Shown: positions 49,380 through 60,800 of the stretch, piece by piece | How positions within the stretch are numbered: the first letter of the stretch is position 1 | Layout: every line of letters starts with the position of its first letter | From: Trichoplax adhaerens | Lineage: Eukaryota; Animalia; Placozoa | Length of the DNA stretch: 64,000 bases | Reading direction: 5' to 3' | NCBI RefSeq assembly: GCF_000150275.1 | Contig: NW_002060966.1 | Location: 405,922-469,921, forward strand | The notes under the pieces: model-generated | Told to the model about the DNA's origin: nothing | What the model saw: the letters and a program-made list of their open reading frames with translations, nothing else | The model's database searches: none | Translations under genes and position numbers: made by a program

Positions 49380-49980
49380 TGTAATGAAATGAAATGTGTA
49401 GGAATCAAGCTACAAAACTTTTAACTAACTTCTGATCCTACTTTCTTTGCACTCTGGTCGACTTAATAACACTTTGACACCTAATAAAATTGGGTAAACA
49501 ACGGATCAACAATTTATTAAGAAAATGAGTGATAGACTAATCAAACAACCTTCCAAATGCTTAATTCTAGGTATTATCAATAACGAAATAAAAAAGCGAC
49601 AGAACTGATACTGTCAGCAACCAAACAACCTAACAAATAGAAGAACGCTTTAACTTATATCAGTTCGACCCAGAAGGTCTTTAAAATTTAACTAGTTCTT
49701 CAAATAATCATCTTTTACTCTCTACCTTAAATTTTCTGATTGCACTATTATTTATAGGCTTCACAGAGCCCCTGGTGGAATTTAAAACTAAACATTTACT
49801 AATCAATCATTCTGACGATCCATTTTAGATAACTACTTTGCACCGCTTAAGAAAACAAAAATTATTGAGACACAGTCTGCTCTACGATTCCTTACAAAAC
49901 ACTATAAAACCAAACAAACTATCTATGAAATACTCTAAAATTCATCAAGCTTCACTTTCAACATAATTTGTAATCATTAT
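49380..49980 (+). repeat. About 600-bp dispersed repeat, copy 2
   Basis: Colinear with 9712-10311, same orientation. Confidence 0.85.
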
Positions 49981-50534
49981 TTCGGACTTTACTTAATAAT
50001 TCCAATTAGCAGATTACAATATTACAATTATAACTATAATTACAATTTCAATTAGTATTATTATTACTAGAATCATATTATAGTAAATTTTGTCAATCAA
50101 TTCGGCTTACTATTGACAAACATGTAACTTATATCATATCTATCTTGTCCAATACTTGTAACTGATTTAATAACTGGTCTATGATTTACAGGCGCTAAAC
50201 AAGTAATCATCTAATTTGATGGCATAGAGGTTGTTATAGGACCAATACTACTGCCCGTTACAATTCTAAATTTGTAACGGAAAAATTTCATTTTAAACCT
50301 AGAATCTAAATACTACCCATATTACAATTCCAAATAATGGCGATCATCCATCGCCAGGAGGAACAGCAATGTATTTATATAGGAAAGAATGTATAATGTC
50401 ATAGATAAGACCATTCTCAATAAATATCAAAGGATGTTATCTCTAGCGGAAATAAGATATGCGTTACTTATCAAAAAATCGCTAAGCGACAGCTACTGTA
50501 TATATTGTCAGATATTGCTAAATTTAGTTTCTTT

Positions 50535-52013
50535 TTATCTTCTTTTACAACCTAGATTTATGCCATTAGCTGGAGACATAGTTATGCCACACCTTAATGG
50601 TAAGGGAACATCTGTTTCTTCAGTAGTAATTAATTCTACACTTCGTAAAATTTTCACAAGGGCCAATTTAACCTCTAGCAGAGCCAATCTCTTTCCGATA
50701 CAATTTCGTGGCCCGTTGCCAAATGGAAGAAATGCGCAAGCTGCGTGCTTGGATTTCTCCTCCGGCGTAAAGCGTTCAGGCATAAACTGCTCTGGATTAG
50801 GCCATAATTTAGGATTATGATGAATAGCATAGATAGGAATAGCAATCATAGCCTCTTTTGAGATCTGATGACCATCAATTGTAATATCATTTTTGCATTT
50901 TCGAGTAACTCTAAATGCGGGTGGATAGATTCTTAATGTTTCCAATATAACCATTTCTAGATAGGGTAAGTCCGATACACAATCATAATCTAAAGGATCA
51001 GTATCGTTAAGTTTTGTTTTAATTTCATGATATAATCGACGCTGTATTTCAGGGTTTGTTGCCAATAAGTAGGTGGCAAACGCTAATGTATTTGCTGTCG
51101 TTTCGTAACCTCCCACGAGAAAGACCAAAGCCTGAGCGATAATTTCTTTGTCGTCTAATTTATCGTTATCACCAGCTTCGATCATCTGTTGTAACATATC
51201 TCTACGGCATGAAACGCCTTCAGACATATTTTTCCTCCTTTCCTTAATTACATTTCTGCAAGTATCCGCTAAATAATTTAGCGAGTTCATAAACTGCCCA
51301 CCAAATAGTGGCTCTAAAATACGAAATAACGGTGTTGCAAATAATAGCAGTATATGCAGTAAACCAGGTGAATTACTCGTTAGCTGACTAGCAGCACCAG
51401 TTAATCTCTTTTCTTGTTCTTTCGATTCAAATTCTATTCCAAAGGCAGAAGCAAGAATAACCTTCATTGTAAATTTGCCACAAATCCTCCATAACTCAAT
51501 AGAACGGCCTTCTTTTTCTGCGTTTAATAACATTACAACAATTTCATTACTAGCCTTGTCAACACAGGGGAAAGTGAGCTTCAACTTTGATGTGCTAAAT
51601 GTAGGTATTAAAATATTCCTTACACGCTTCCAGTCGGTATCTCTCAATTCTACTAACGTTTTATTAAACGGTTCTAAATTATTAGCGATACCGAAACGGT
51701 TAGTGAAATTGGAGAAGTCCTTGATTAAGACTGATTTCAATACTTCTGGGTCGCCAATCCAGATGGTAGGGACGGAAAAAAATAAAGTGCCATACACATG
51801 ACCGTATTTTTCTTGTCTTTCTACTTGGACTAAGTGCTGCGAAGCCGATTTACCATCCAACAAGTTGCCAAAAAGGGGTTTAGGACGGGGACCACTTAAT
51901 CCCAATTTTCTCAAATGACGATAAGGTTTAAGGTAGTACTTGTAAAAACACCAGGCCAGAATTGTACCTGATATTAATAAGATTTGCGATATTGATAACT
52001 GCAACCCAATCAT
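50535..52013 (-). CDS. Cytochrome P450, clan 3 (CYP3A/thromboxane-synthase-like), intronless CDS
   Basis: N-terminal membrane anchor, GPRPKPLFGN, WKRVR (WxxxR), I-helix GGYETT, ETLR (ExxR), PERF, heme motif FGNGPRNCIG. ATG at 52013; the ORF track's 52019 start is GTG. Confidence 0.95.
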   Translation of the reverse strand: MIGLQLSISQILLISGTILAWCFYKYYLKPYRHLRKLGLSGPRPKPLFGNLLDGKSASQHLVQVERQEKYGHVYGTLFFSVPTIWIGDPEVLKSVLIKDFSNFTNRFGIANNLEPFNKTLVELRDTDWKRVRNILIPTFSTSKLKLTFPCVDKASNEIVVMLLNAEKEGRSIELWRICGKFTMKVILASAFGIEFESKEQEKRLTGAASQLTSNSPGLLHILLLFATPLFRILEPLFGGQFMNSLNYLADTCRNVIKERRKNMSEGVSCRRDMLQQMIEAGDNDKLDDKEIIAQALVFLVGGYETTANTLAFATYLLATNPEIQRRLYHEIKTKLNDTDPLDYDCVSDLPYLEMVILETLRIYPPAFRVTRKCKNDITIDGHQISKEAMIAIPIYAIHHNPKLWPNPEQFMPERFTPEEKSKHAACAFLPFGNGPRNCIGKRLALLEVKLALVKILRSVELITTEETDVPLPLRCGITMSPANGINLGCKRR

Positions 52014-53998
52014 GTTCACAGTTTTCCTGTACTGTATACTGAATTTCTAGTTAAAAAAAGTCATAAAATACTCCAGGAAGATATTAACACGTTATTACTT
52101 TTTCTCTGATGAAAGTAAATGTTACAGGATGCTATATAATATGAAGTTAATGCTTAAAGGCGATAATAATTCTTCAATCTTCTAGTCTATGCAGGTTTTA
52201 AGATTGATAAATTGATTTCAATTCTGGGAGATTTTGTAAACTTTATAAAGGCATTAATTTAATACAGGTATAAAAGCTTTAGTGTTTTTTTACGTCGATG
52301 AGTAAATATTCTAGGGGGTAGAATCTAGTTTTAGATTAAAACTTGAAGATGATCGACGAATTTTCCTTTGGCTAATTCAGCCAGATTTTCAGGCTTGATA
52401 AAACGATTTTAGTCTGAGAAAAGTTGTAAATATTTAAGGTAAGAATGGCGGAGAACGTGTATGATAGGGAATCTATTTTCCAATAGTGAATTTTATAGGC
52501 TTGTGCCGTTCCAATTACCAAGGCAGGAATTTAGCAAAGCTAATAGCTTACTTTAGAAGACTAAATAACGATTTTCTATGTAACGATTTACGTTTTTCAA
52601 CATTAACTAAGCAATAAGCCAATGCACAGGATCAACTTTATCTCGCTACCAAGATTGCTAGTGCATACAGTTAAATGTACTGTATATCAGTTCTTTTACG
52701 CTGCTAAAAAGAGATCCAGAAGTGGACTGGAATAAAGAAACCTGTAGATAATATAACTGTACTATTGGAAGAATACAATTTGATCTACTTTAATACTGTG
52801 TCAATAATGGACTTAGCCTATATACTGGAATAACTACGATACTTCTTGCTCGTTTATTCGCGATTTGATAGCACATTTCTGCAGATTTTAGCTTATACGA
52901 GTATGGCTATGTGCTCGGCTGATAGAATATCCTTTACAGTCTTTTAGCTTATTCCATCTGTCCGAAGGAAAGGTAATTTTATGCAAAAGATGGTTGCTTT
53001 CTAAGTTCCTCGTATCAAAATATAGTGTAAATCATATATAGCACATTGCCATGTATGGGCCCTGTTGATGCTTCTATTTGTATACAAATACTGCAATGTC
53101 AATAAATTAAATCATTCGACATCGTATAACCTTACCTCCAACTAATATCTTGCATTTTACTATCAAAGGCCTGACTAATATAGCGATATCCTCCACTTAG
53201 TATCAATAGAAACTAGACGTTTAAACTTACCAGTATAGGTCAAAGATGTCGCTATTGGCTCTTACTTGGTATCAATTGCTGAAATTAAATAGGGTTCGAA
53301 TTTCCCCCATTTAATGAATGATCCTACGATTGACGAGTATACGCGTATGTCTGCATGTTGATAGCTCTATGGCTACAAATTACTGCTATTCTATCTGTGA
53401 TGGAGGGTTAATGATTTTACAGAGGCAGATCTATAACCAATTAGAAATTGATAACAAGGCATTGCGTAAGAAAATAGATTCTTTATCATAGACTACAACT
53501 GTGAGATAGTTACGCTAGAAAAGGGTGTAAACTGTTGTGAAATAATGTAAGAATAATGAATACTGTGACTAGTTTCGCTTATCCTCAATCTCTCCATAAA
53601 TCTATAATCATCATATACCCAAGAAATTGACAACGCCTCATCATCACCACAAAGTCCAGCAATACAGGCTATGGTTTATAATAAGATGTAAAGCTACTGC
53701 AAGATTTCATCTACTATCTTGCAGACTGCAGAAGTAGAAATTAATTTCTATTTAATGAATTAAATCAATGGACAATATGGATGAATAAGTATCCTTGTTT
53801 ACCGCAGTTGCAAGCTAGCTAGCTTTCATGTTGATCATGTCATAAGTAGTAGCAGTTGCTCGATGCCGAAAGTAAAGTAAATAAAATAAAGGATAGGATG
53901 TAAAATTACTGCTGTGAATGTAGAAGAAACTCTGTCTGTTGATAGTAAAAAAAATAACAGCAACGATGAATACGTAAGCTTAATAACTCTAGCTTGAA

Positions 53999-54570
53999 GT
54001 TAACTAGCAGTCATTCAAAGGTTAACTTGATCGGTAAATTTAGGTTATAAAATTAATGATAGGAAGTAGAGCTACTAGAGATTGCCGCCGCAGATCCTGT
54101 AGACTAAAGAAAATAAACTCATTTCTATGTAATAATTGAGCTAAATAGCTACATTCATTCTTGTTCGTTTTAATATGTACAGCATATAAATATGTAACAG
54201 TTTCTTGCTATGAACGTTTATAATGCTAAACTATGTCATAGAGTTTGCCCATCATAGGGCTTGGACTGCTAGATATGTCTAGTAGTCCATGCATAAGGTA
54301 ACTGGATCAGTCAATGAGGGTTATAAAAATAATGATAGGAAACAGAACTAATAGATACTGCCATTAGAGATCACGCAAACTAAAGAAGATAAGTCTGTTT
54401 CTATAAAATAATTATTGAACTGAGTGAAGATATACATTCGTTCTTATTTGTTTAATACGAATATGTAACCTATTTATAGGATATCACGGTCTCCCTACAT
54501 CAACCTATATAATGTTACTATTGAGTAGCATTTACCTATCAGAAGCTAACTTGATCAGTTAATGCGTAAT
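53999..54570. repeat. Tandem array of a unit of about 230-275 bp upstream of PARP4-B exon 1 (2 full copies and a partial one)
   Basis: taact(t/g)gatc...ttataaaa.taatgatagga...ctgcc...agatc....actaaaga..ataa.....tttcta at 54023 and 54299, partial at about 54547. Confidence 0.85.
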
Positions 54571-54607
54571 CTAGTCAACAGTAACTTTAACTCGGTACCT
54601 TCCAGTA

Positions 54608-54633
54608 TATATCTATATATATATATAGATATA
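54608..54633. repeat. 26-bp (TA)n-centred perfect palindrome about 180 bp upstream of the PARP4-B ATG
   Basis: TATATCTATATATATATATAGATATA is its own reverse complement. Confidence 0.7.
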
Positions 54634-54809
54634 CATGCGCACACCCATTACACTTACGCCATCGACTTTATTAGCTGGGAATAAACCTGCCAGCGATGCT
54701 TTTGTTTAATCGAGAGAAATAGTCTAGTTATTCATTATTAGCAGCCATGTTATTATTGAGTAATCATTTTATAGATTATTAGTTTTCAGTTTTGGATCAC
54801 TTATCTAGG

Positions 54810-57800
54810 ATGGGAATTTTTTCAAATTATACCTTTGCCTTGCAACTGAGTTATAGCCTTCCTTTCAAGAAGAAACAAGAAATACGTCGATTAATTACCA
54901 ATCATGATGGCACCATCTCCTATATCATCAATCGAAAAGTAAGAATGTGATTATCACCCGGAAGTGAAAGAAAGTGCTGTATGGAAGATCTTTTAATTTA
55001 GAGCCAAAATGAGCATACAATCACTGATTTATTTGTAACTCTAATTTTAAGAATTAGAAAGATATCATTTTCGATCAGATCGTTTATAATTTAGATTCTG
55101 TATTAACTGTTGTCCGTAGAATGCTAGCGACTCAAGAATAGTTTTATGTTTACGTTATCAACTTTAACTGCAAACGAATACAGAACATGTGCGAGGGATT
55201 TGAATAGTTCCTTAAATCTGTATTTGCTTTATGAATCCATTATATAATCATCGTGTGCTCTACGAATCGGTAATGGCTATATATTATCAGTATTAGGTCC
55301 ATCAATAGGGGTATACACCCTGTATAAGTGTTGATAATTTGTAAAGCTGTTTCGTGAGACATTGTGAACTATCACGCAGAATGTAGAAATAGAAATTAAT
55401 TCCTGTTTAACGAAACAAATGAACAACATGCATAAATAAGTTCCCCTTTTACTCTATTAGTAAGCTAACTAGCTCCAAGTTGATTATTTCATAAGTAGTA
55501 TTAGTTACTCAAAATAGATACTCGAATTGTTCGATTAGTCAAGAAAATGAAGGATCAGATATAAAATTATTGCGTGATACTATTAATTATTTATCACTTA
55601 GAATGTAGAAGATACTTAGTATATTCACAGTAAGATATCCTTGTATTAACAACATGGATGAATGCTTTTGTTTGGATACTCTAACTGGATGTTAACTAGC
55701 AATCATTCGACGTAAACGTATATAATGTTAATAAGCTACTGATTTTGCCCATGATGGGGTAATTTGATCAATCCATCAATGTAGGCTATAATATTATTGA
55801 TAGGAGTAGAAATACTGCATACTCTCACCAGAGATCAAGCAGACTAAAGAACGTAAACTCATTAATATGAAATAATTGAACTACGTGGATAAGTACGTTC
55901 ATTCATTTCGTGTAATAAGTAATCTCCTGTAGGATAAAACGATCCCCGATAATAACATATACAATTTTAATATAAAATGGCATTTGCTAATTATGGAACA
56001 ACTTGATCAGTCACTGTAGCCTAATAAATTAATGATAGGAAGCAGAACTACTGCATACTGCCACTAGAGATCATGCTGACTAAAGAAGATGAATACATTT
56101 CTGTGAAAGAATTAAATTAGATAGAGAAATAAATTCATTCTTTTTCGTTTATTATGTAACCTCCTATATAATAGTTTATAATGTTAGTATCAACTGGTAA
56201 CTGCATTTGGCGGTCATAGGATAACTTGATGAGCCAAAGTAGGCTATAAAATTAATAATAGATGAATAAAACTATCGTATACTGCCAGCAGAGATCAAGC
56301 AGGTTACAAAAGATAAACTCATTTCTACAAAATAATTAAACAGCACGGACAAATGCATTCGTTCTTATTTTCTCATTATATCTTGGCTACTTTAATTTCC
56401 ATCCTTTTGCACAGGCTCTATGTTTTATCTATATTCGGATGTCAACACAGAATTTCACTTATTAAATTACTTGTAGACGTAAAATCATGCTACTTATCCG
56501 TGAATCCTTCAAACTCTGATCGTATCGATTTATCCTCTTTAGACTCACTTTCTTGTGGTCGATCAGAATGAAGACTACCTCGATAGTTATAAAGGTAGAA
56601 CAGCTGATAAACTGGCTATCCCCGTAGTATCAGTGGATNTTATACACGCTTGTAACGAGAAGCAAGCATTTCTCAATCATCAAGAATTTCTTGTATCCGT
56701 TAAATTGTCACCTGAATTATTCGCTCAAGGCAAAGTGGTGGGTAAGTTCAACTTTATCAATCAGTTTGAAACGGAAGAGTTTCCTGCTTAAATTTTCTCT
56801 TATAAATAACACGAATCACCATATTAAGACTCAGCTAATCGAAGACAAATAAAGACAGTGCTGTGACAGCCATGATAAATTATCGTAGCAGTCATATTGC
56901 AGCGTAATAGTCCTGTACTTATTTAGCCTGTATAGTATTTTATAGTACTTGTATATGCTATTAACAAAAATGCCTAGAAAAAGCTTGGCTATTGCATAAT
57001 GAACTCTATCTTGATTTAGAAATAGCTATTCTCGAATTTGTGATACAGTAGGGTATCCTGCTTACTTTATAAGAATAGAGAGAGAGACTATAGTGAGTCA
57101 AGAGTGATAACAAGTGATGATTTAACCGAATATAACTCTGATTGCTTCATCATGCTTCTTTAACAAATTAGATTTGAAGGATAGGCAAAGCTTTTGGCTC
57201 TGACTTGTCCATATTTTATTTATGTAAACGTACAATGTCTCTAATGATTGCAAAATTTATCTATATTGCAGTACCAAAAGTTTCCTTTCAAGAAAAATCT
57301 AAATATTCAGCTTTTGATTTAAACAAGATACCGTAAGTTCCTATTACTATTTTCCTTTCTGTCTCTGCAAAGTTATTTGCTCATCAAAGCAAATAGTATT
57401 CATGAATGAAGTATTCAACTTCTTTTTATATTTGAGATCTTACGTTTCCATTTATTTTTGTTATAAATCTCAAAGTTCTCTGCTCATTGAAGCTAAGCTA
57501 AAAGTAAACAAGCGTTAAAACGCAAATTATATCTAAATAGTGAATGACTGATTTACAGTAGTTCTTAAATGTATTCAAGAGTCCAAATTTTCATCTTTTG
57601 TTTTATATTATTGACCTTCGAGCTGCATTTATTTGTTATATATCTCCAAAACTCATTTTATCATTTAAGCTAACCAATTACCTAGTAAACCAACCCACAA
57701 ATAGATTTCATCTCCATAAAAAATGAATAATTAAATATAACTCTTGAATGCACTCTAAGACTCCTATTTGGTCATGCAATGCTCAGCTCAGTAATGGACT

Positions 57801-60800
57801 AAAGTATGCTTCGTAAAATTGGGTTTTCAAATACCTAGTTCAAGATAAAAGCATCCAGTAAATATAGTAGATATGCTGTATAATTCTTCTCCATTGACTT
57901 GGAATGTGGCTATAAGCTAAACGTTCATAAAGCCGGTCAAGTTTTCCCTGATTTTGCCTATCTTGTCAAAGTAGTAAAAGACATGCATTGGAACTCTGTA
58001 GAGCATTTTGAATTATAGAAATTATCACACAACCGTAATCATAAGTCCGTAGTAAATTATTGTAACTCAATCCAAATAAATCAAGTATCCAATTTGCAGT
58101 TCCGTGCGTGTGCAACACCATTGGTAAATTAATCGAACAAACCTTTCGCAGCCATCCTTTAGGTTTCATATTTTATTATTAATCTTATAGAGTTTGGACT
58201 GACAATGATCGCCATAATGATACCTTTCAAAGCCGGTATAAAGTTCTAAAACTAGTGCTATTAAAGGTAAGTTTAAGTGGAGTTACACTAGCCTTAACCT
58301 GTAAATTTACATTAATTTTGCATAATAATGGCCCTACTTTCAATGCTATTCAATTTTAGAATGATTCAGGCAGTAAGGAAAAGAAATTTGCTGGCATTGA
58401 ATTGCAGCAAGGAGAAACTGAAAATTTATCCTTTCGTGTCTATGTGCATCGTAAGATTATTAAATACGAAAAGGAAGATGAAAACATCAATTTGAGAAAT
58501 GCTCATTGTCAAGAAATCAAGGAATATCGATATTGTCCAAATCTTGATCAGGCAATTCAGTTATACTCCCATCTATATAATTTACACACCAAGTCACCGT
58601 ATCATATGCAGAAATGCTGGACAAGACTTCCAATTTGTATTGGTTCAGAAAGAGCAAATGAGGTTTATTAATTATTATATACTATGAGCTTTCAATAATT
58701 TCAATAGTCCACCCGAATAAAATGTTAATTTGTCAAGTCTTGATTAAATAGAAATTAAGTTAAACTTCAAAGCACTGCAACGATTACTTGCTAGGCATAA
58801 GAAATAAAACTATTTCCTACCCAAACTTATAGCGTAATAAAAGCCACTACGTCTAAGATAGCGAAAAAAATACAGATGTAACCTTAGATTATGACAGATT
58901 TCAATCTTAAAGCTAAAAAAATCACAGTATCTGATAGAGGATAGCTTAACAATAGGAAAGGATAATAAGAAAAATGAAGCTTTAAAATTGCAGATTCCTG
59001 CAAATCATCTAATTCTTTTTCGAACTAGATCATCGTTGCTGCTATTGTCGATGCATTGTTGATTTTACCTTTCATTTAATCTGATGCTACTAGGTTTTAA
59101 ACTATTTCCAATCTGAAACCACAGACACCATAGTATCTGAAGATGTTGCTTCGTTAACGCAATGTTTATGGGCAGAAGCCGTAGGAGAATTAGATGAAAT
59201 ATTATCATCATCCGTGGAAGAGATTACGAACGAAAATATTGCATCAGCGGAAGGGATTCTCCTCAAATTAAAGACCTGCCTATCCGAAAACCGCTATGAT
59301 CAAATCAGCAACCTTAGTCAACAATTTTACTCCTTAATTCCACACAAAAATGATGATAGAACTATTGATTCATTCCGATTAATTAGTGATAAGCAAGATC
59401 TTTGTCAATTAATACGGGACATCATTAATGTTAGTGAATTAACCGATTGGAAGATGGATAGTAGTATAAATGCCAAGTATAAAGCATTAAAGTGTGATAT
59501 TCAAAATTTGGAAGAAAACAGCCATGAATTTAAATCCATAAAGAATTATACTTTATCATCCTGGAAAGGGTAAGTTAAAGTTATCTTACTTTACAGTAAA
59601 TAATGTTCATTACTTATTTGCTAGAAACGGAAATTCCAAAACACTAAATACTGATTTAAAAAGTCTATAAACTTTTACGATCACAGCGAGCCTACAACAA
59701 TAAAAATTAATAGAATATTTAGCTTAAGTCGGCAGAGCGAAGAGAGATTATTTACTCTTGACATTGGAAATAAAAAATTACTCTTTCACGCTAGCCATGT
59801 AAGTCCAACTCTAATCTATTGCTAGTCAATGTTGAAACTGTTTTAGAAGATAGCGAAATTGACTTATTCTGGAATTCTATTCTATAATATAGGTTGCTAA
59901 CTTTGTTGGGATCCTTTCCAGGTGATCTTAATTTCAATAAACCTCATAAATTGTTTAAAATCGGTTGCTTAGCTAATTTCCAAGTCGAGTTAATACGAAT
60001 AGTCAGGAATAGGCAACGATATGACCATTAGTGCTACAGGTGATGGAATTATGTTTTAATAATCTTTCAATTTATTTTTTGCAGAGGTTTATTAATGCCT
60101 AGAATTGTCGTTAGCAGTCATGGTGGTAAAAGGTCTGATGTTGGTCATCTCGGCAGTGGAATTTATTTTGCTGATTCACTTAAGTATGCAAGATTATTAT
60201 TTTACGACCATAAGATATCCTCTAGTTCCTGTATTTAATACCCTTTAAGAAAATGGAAGTATAAACCCGTGATTTTATTGAATCACTAGCTCTTAACCAT
60301 TTTCCAATAACAAAGTTTACTAGTGATCAGATTCGCTTTTTTTCCAATCAAATAGGAAAATTTCCGTTACAATTATAATGTAGGCTTATTATTTCTGATA
60401 TTAAAGTAGGAAGCATTTGATACTCTCTGAATAGTGACTATTGCAATTTTAATTACGATCTTCAACATTTTTATTTGATATTTATTGACAACTTAAATAG
60501 CAGTAAAATTAATACTATCAAGCAATGATTATTAACTATTCGAATATCTATCTAAATTTGTTTTAGCACCAGCTTGCAGTTTACTGATGTTGGGAAAATG
60601 TCTGGAAATCGAATGATGATTATTAGTGAAGTTGCTTTAGGCAAGAGCAAGGTAAGTTACGCTATGGGTATAGCAAAATGCTACGACTGTTAAATACTCT
60701 ATATACAAGCAAGAAAAAATTAACTATTACTAATGTTTTCTAATTGTAATAGGAATATACTAATAAACAGACAGAATTAAAGTCTCCTCCACAAGGTTAT

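Noticed and set aside
40118-51801. Antisense ORFs 40118-40330, 40613-40984, 45207-45437, 50389-50820, 51475-51801 (also 3524-3751 and 19567-19749)
   Set aside because: Shadow frames opposite genuine GPCR, P450, GNAT or PARP4 coding sequence.
53256-53310. Pol III box A/box B-like pair (TGGCTCTTACTTGG ... GGTTCGAATTTCC) as a vault RNA or tRNA candidate
   Set aside because: Both boxes are imperfect, spacing is short, there is no cloverleaf or 5'/3' terminal stem and no T4 terminator directly after. An Infernal/tRNAscan search would be needed to revive it.
56639-56639. Ambiguous base N in PARP4-B exon 2
   Set aside because: A sequencing ambiguity. The paralog has TTT (Phe) here and the exon length is preserved, so it is not evidence of a lesion.
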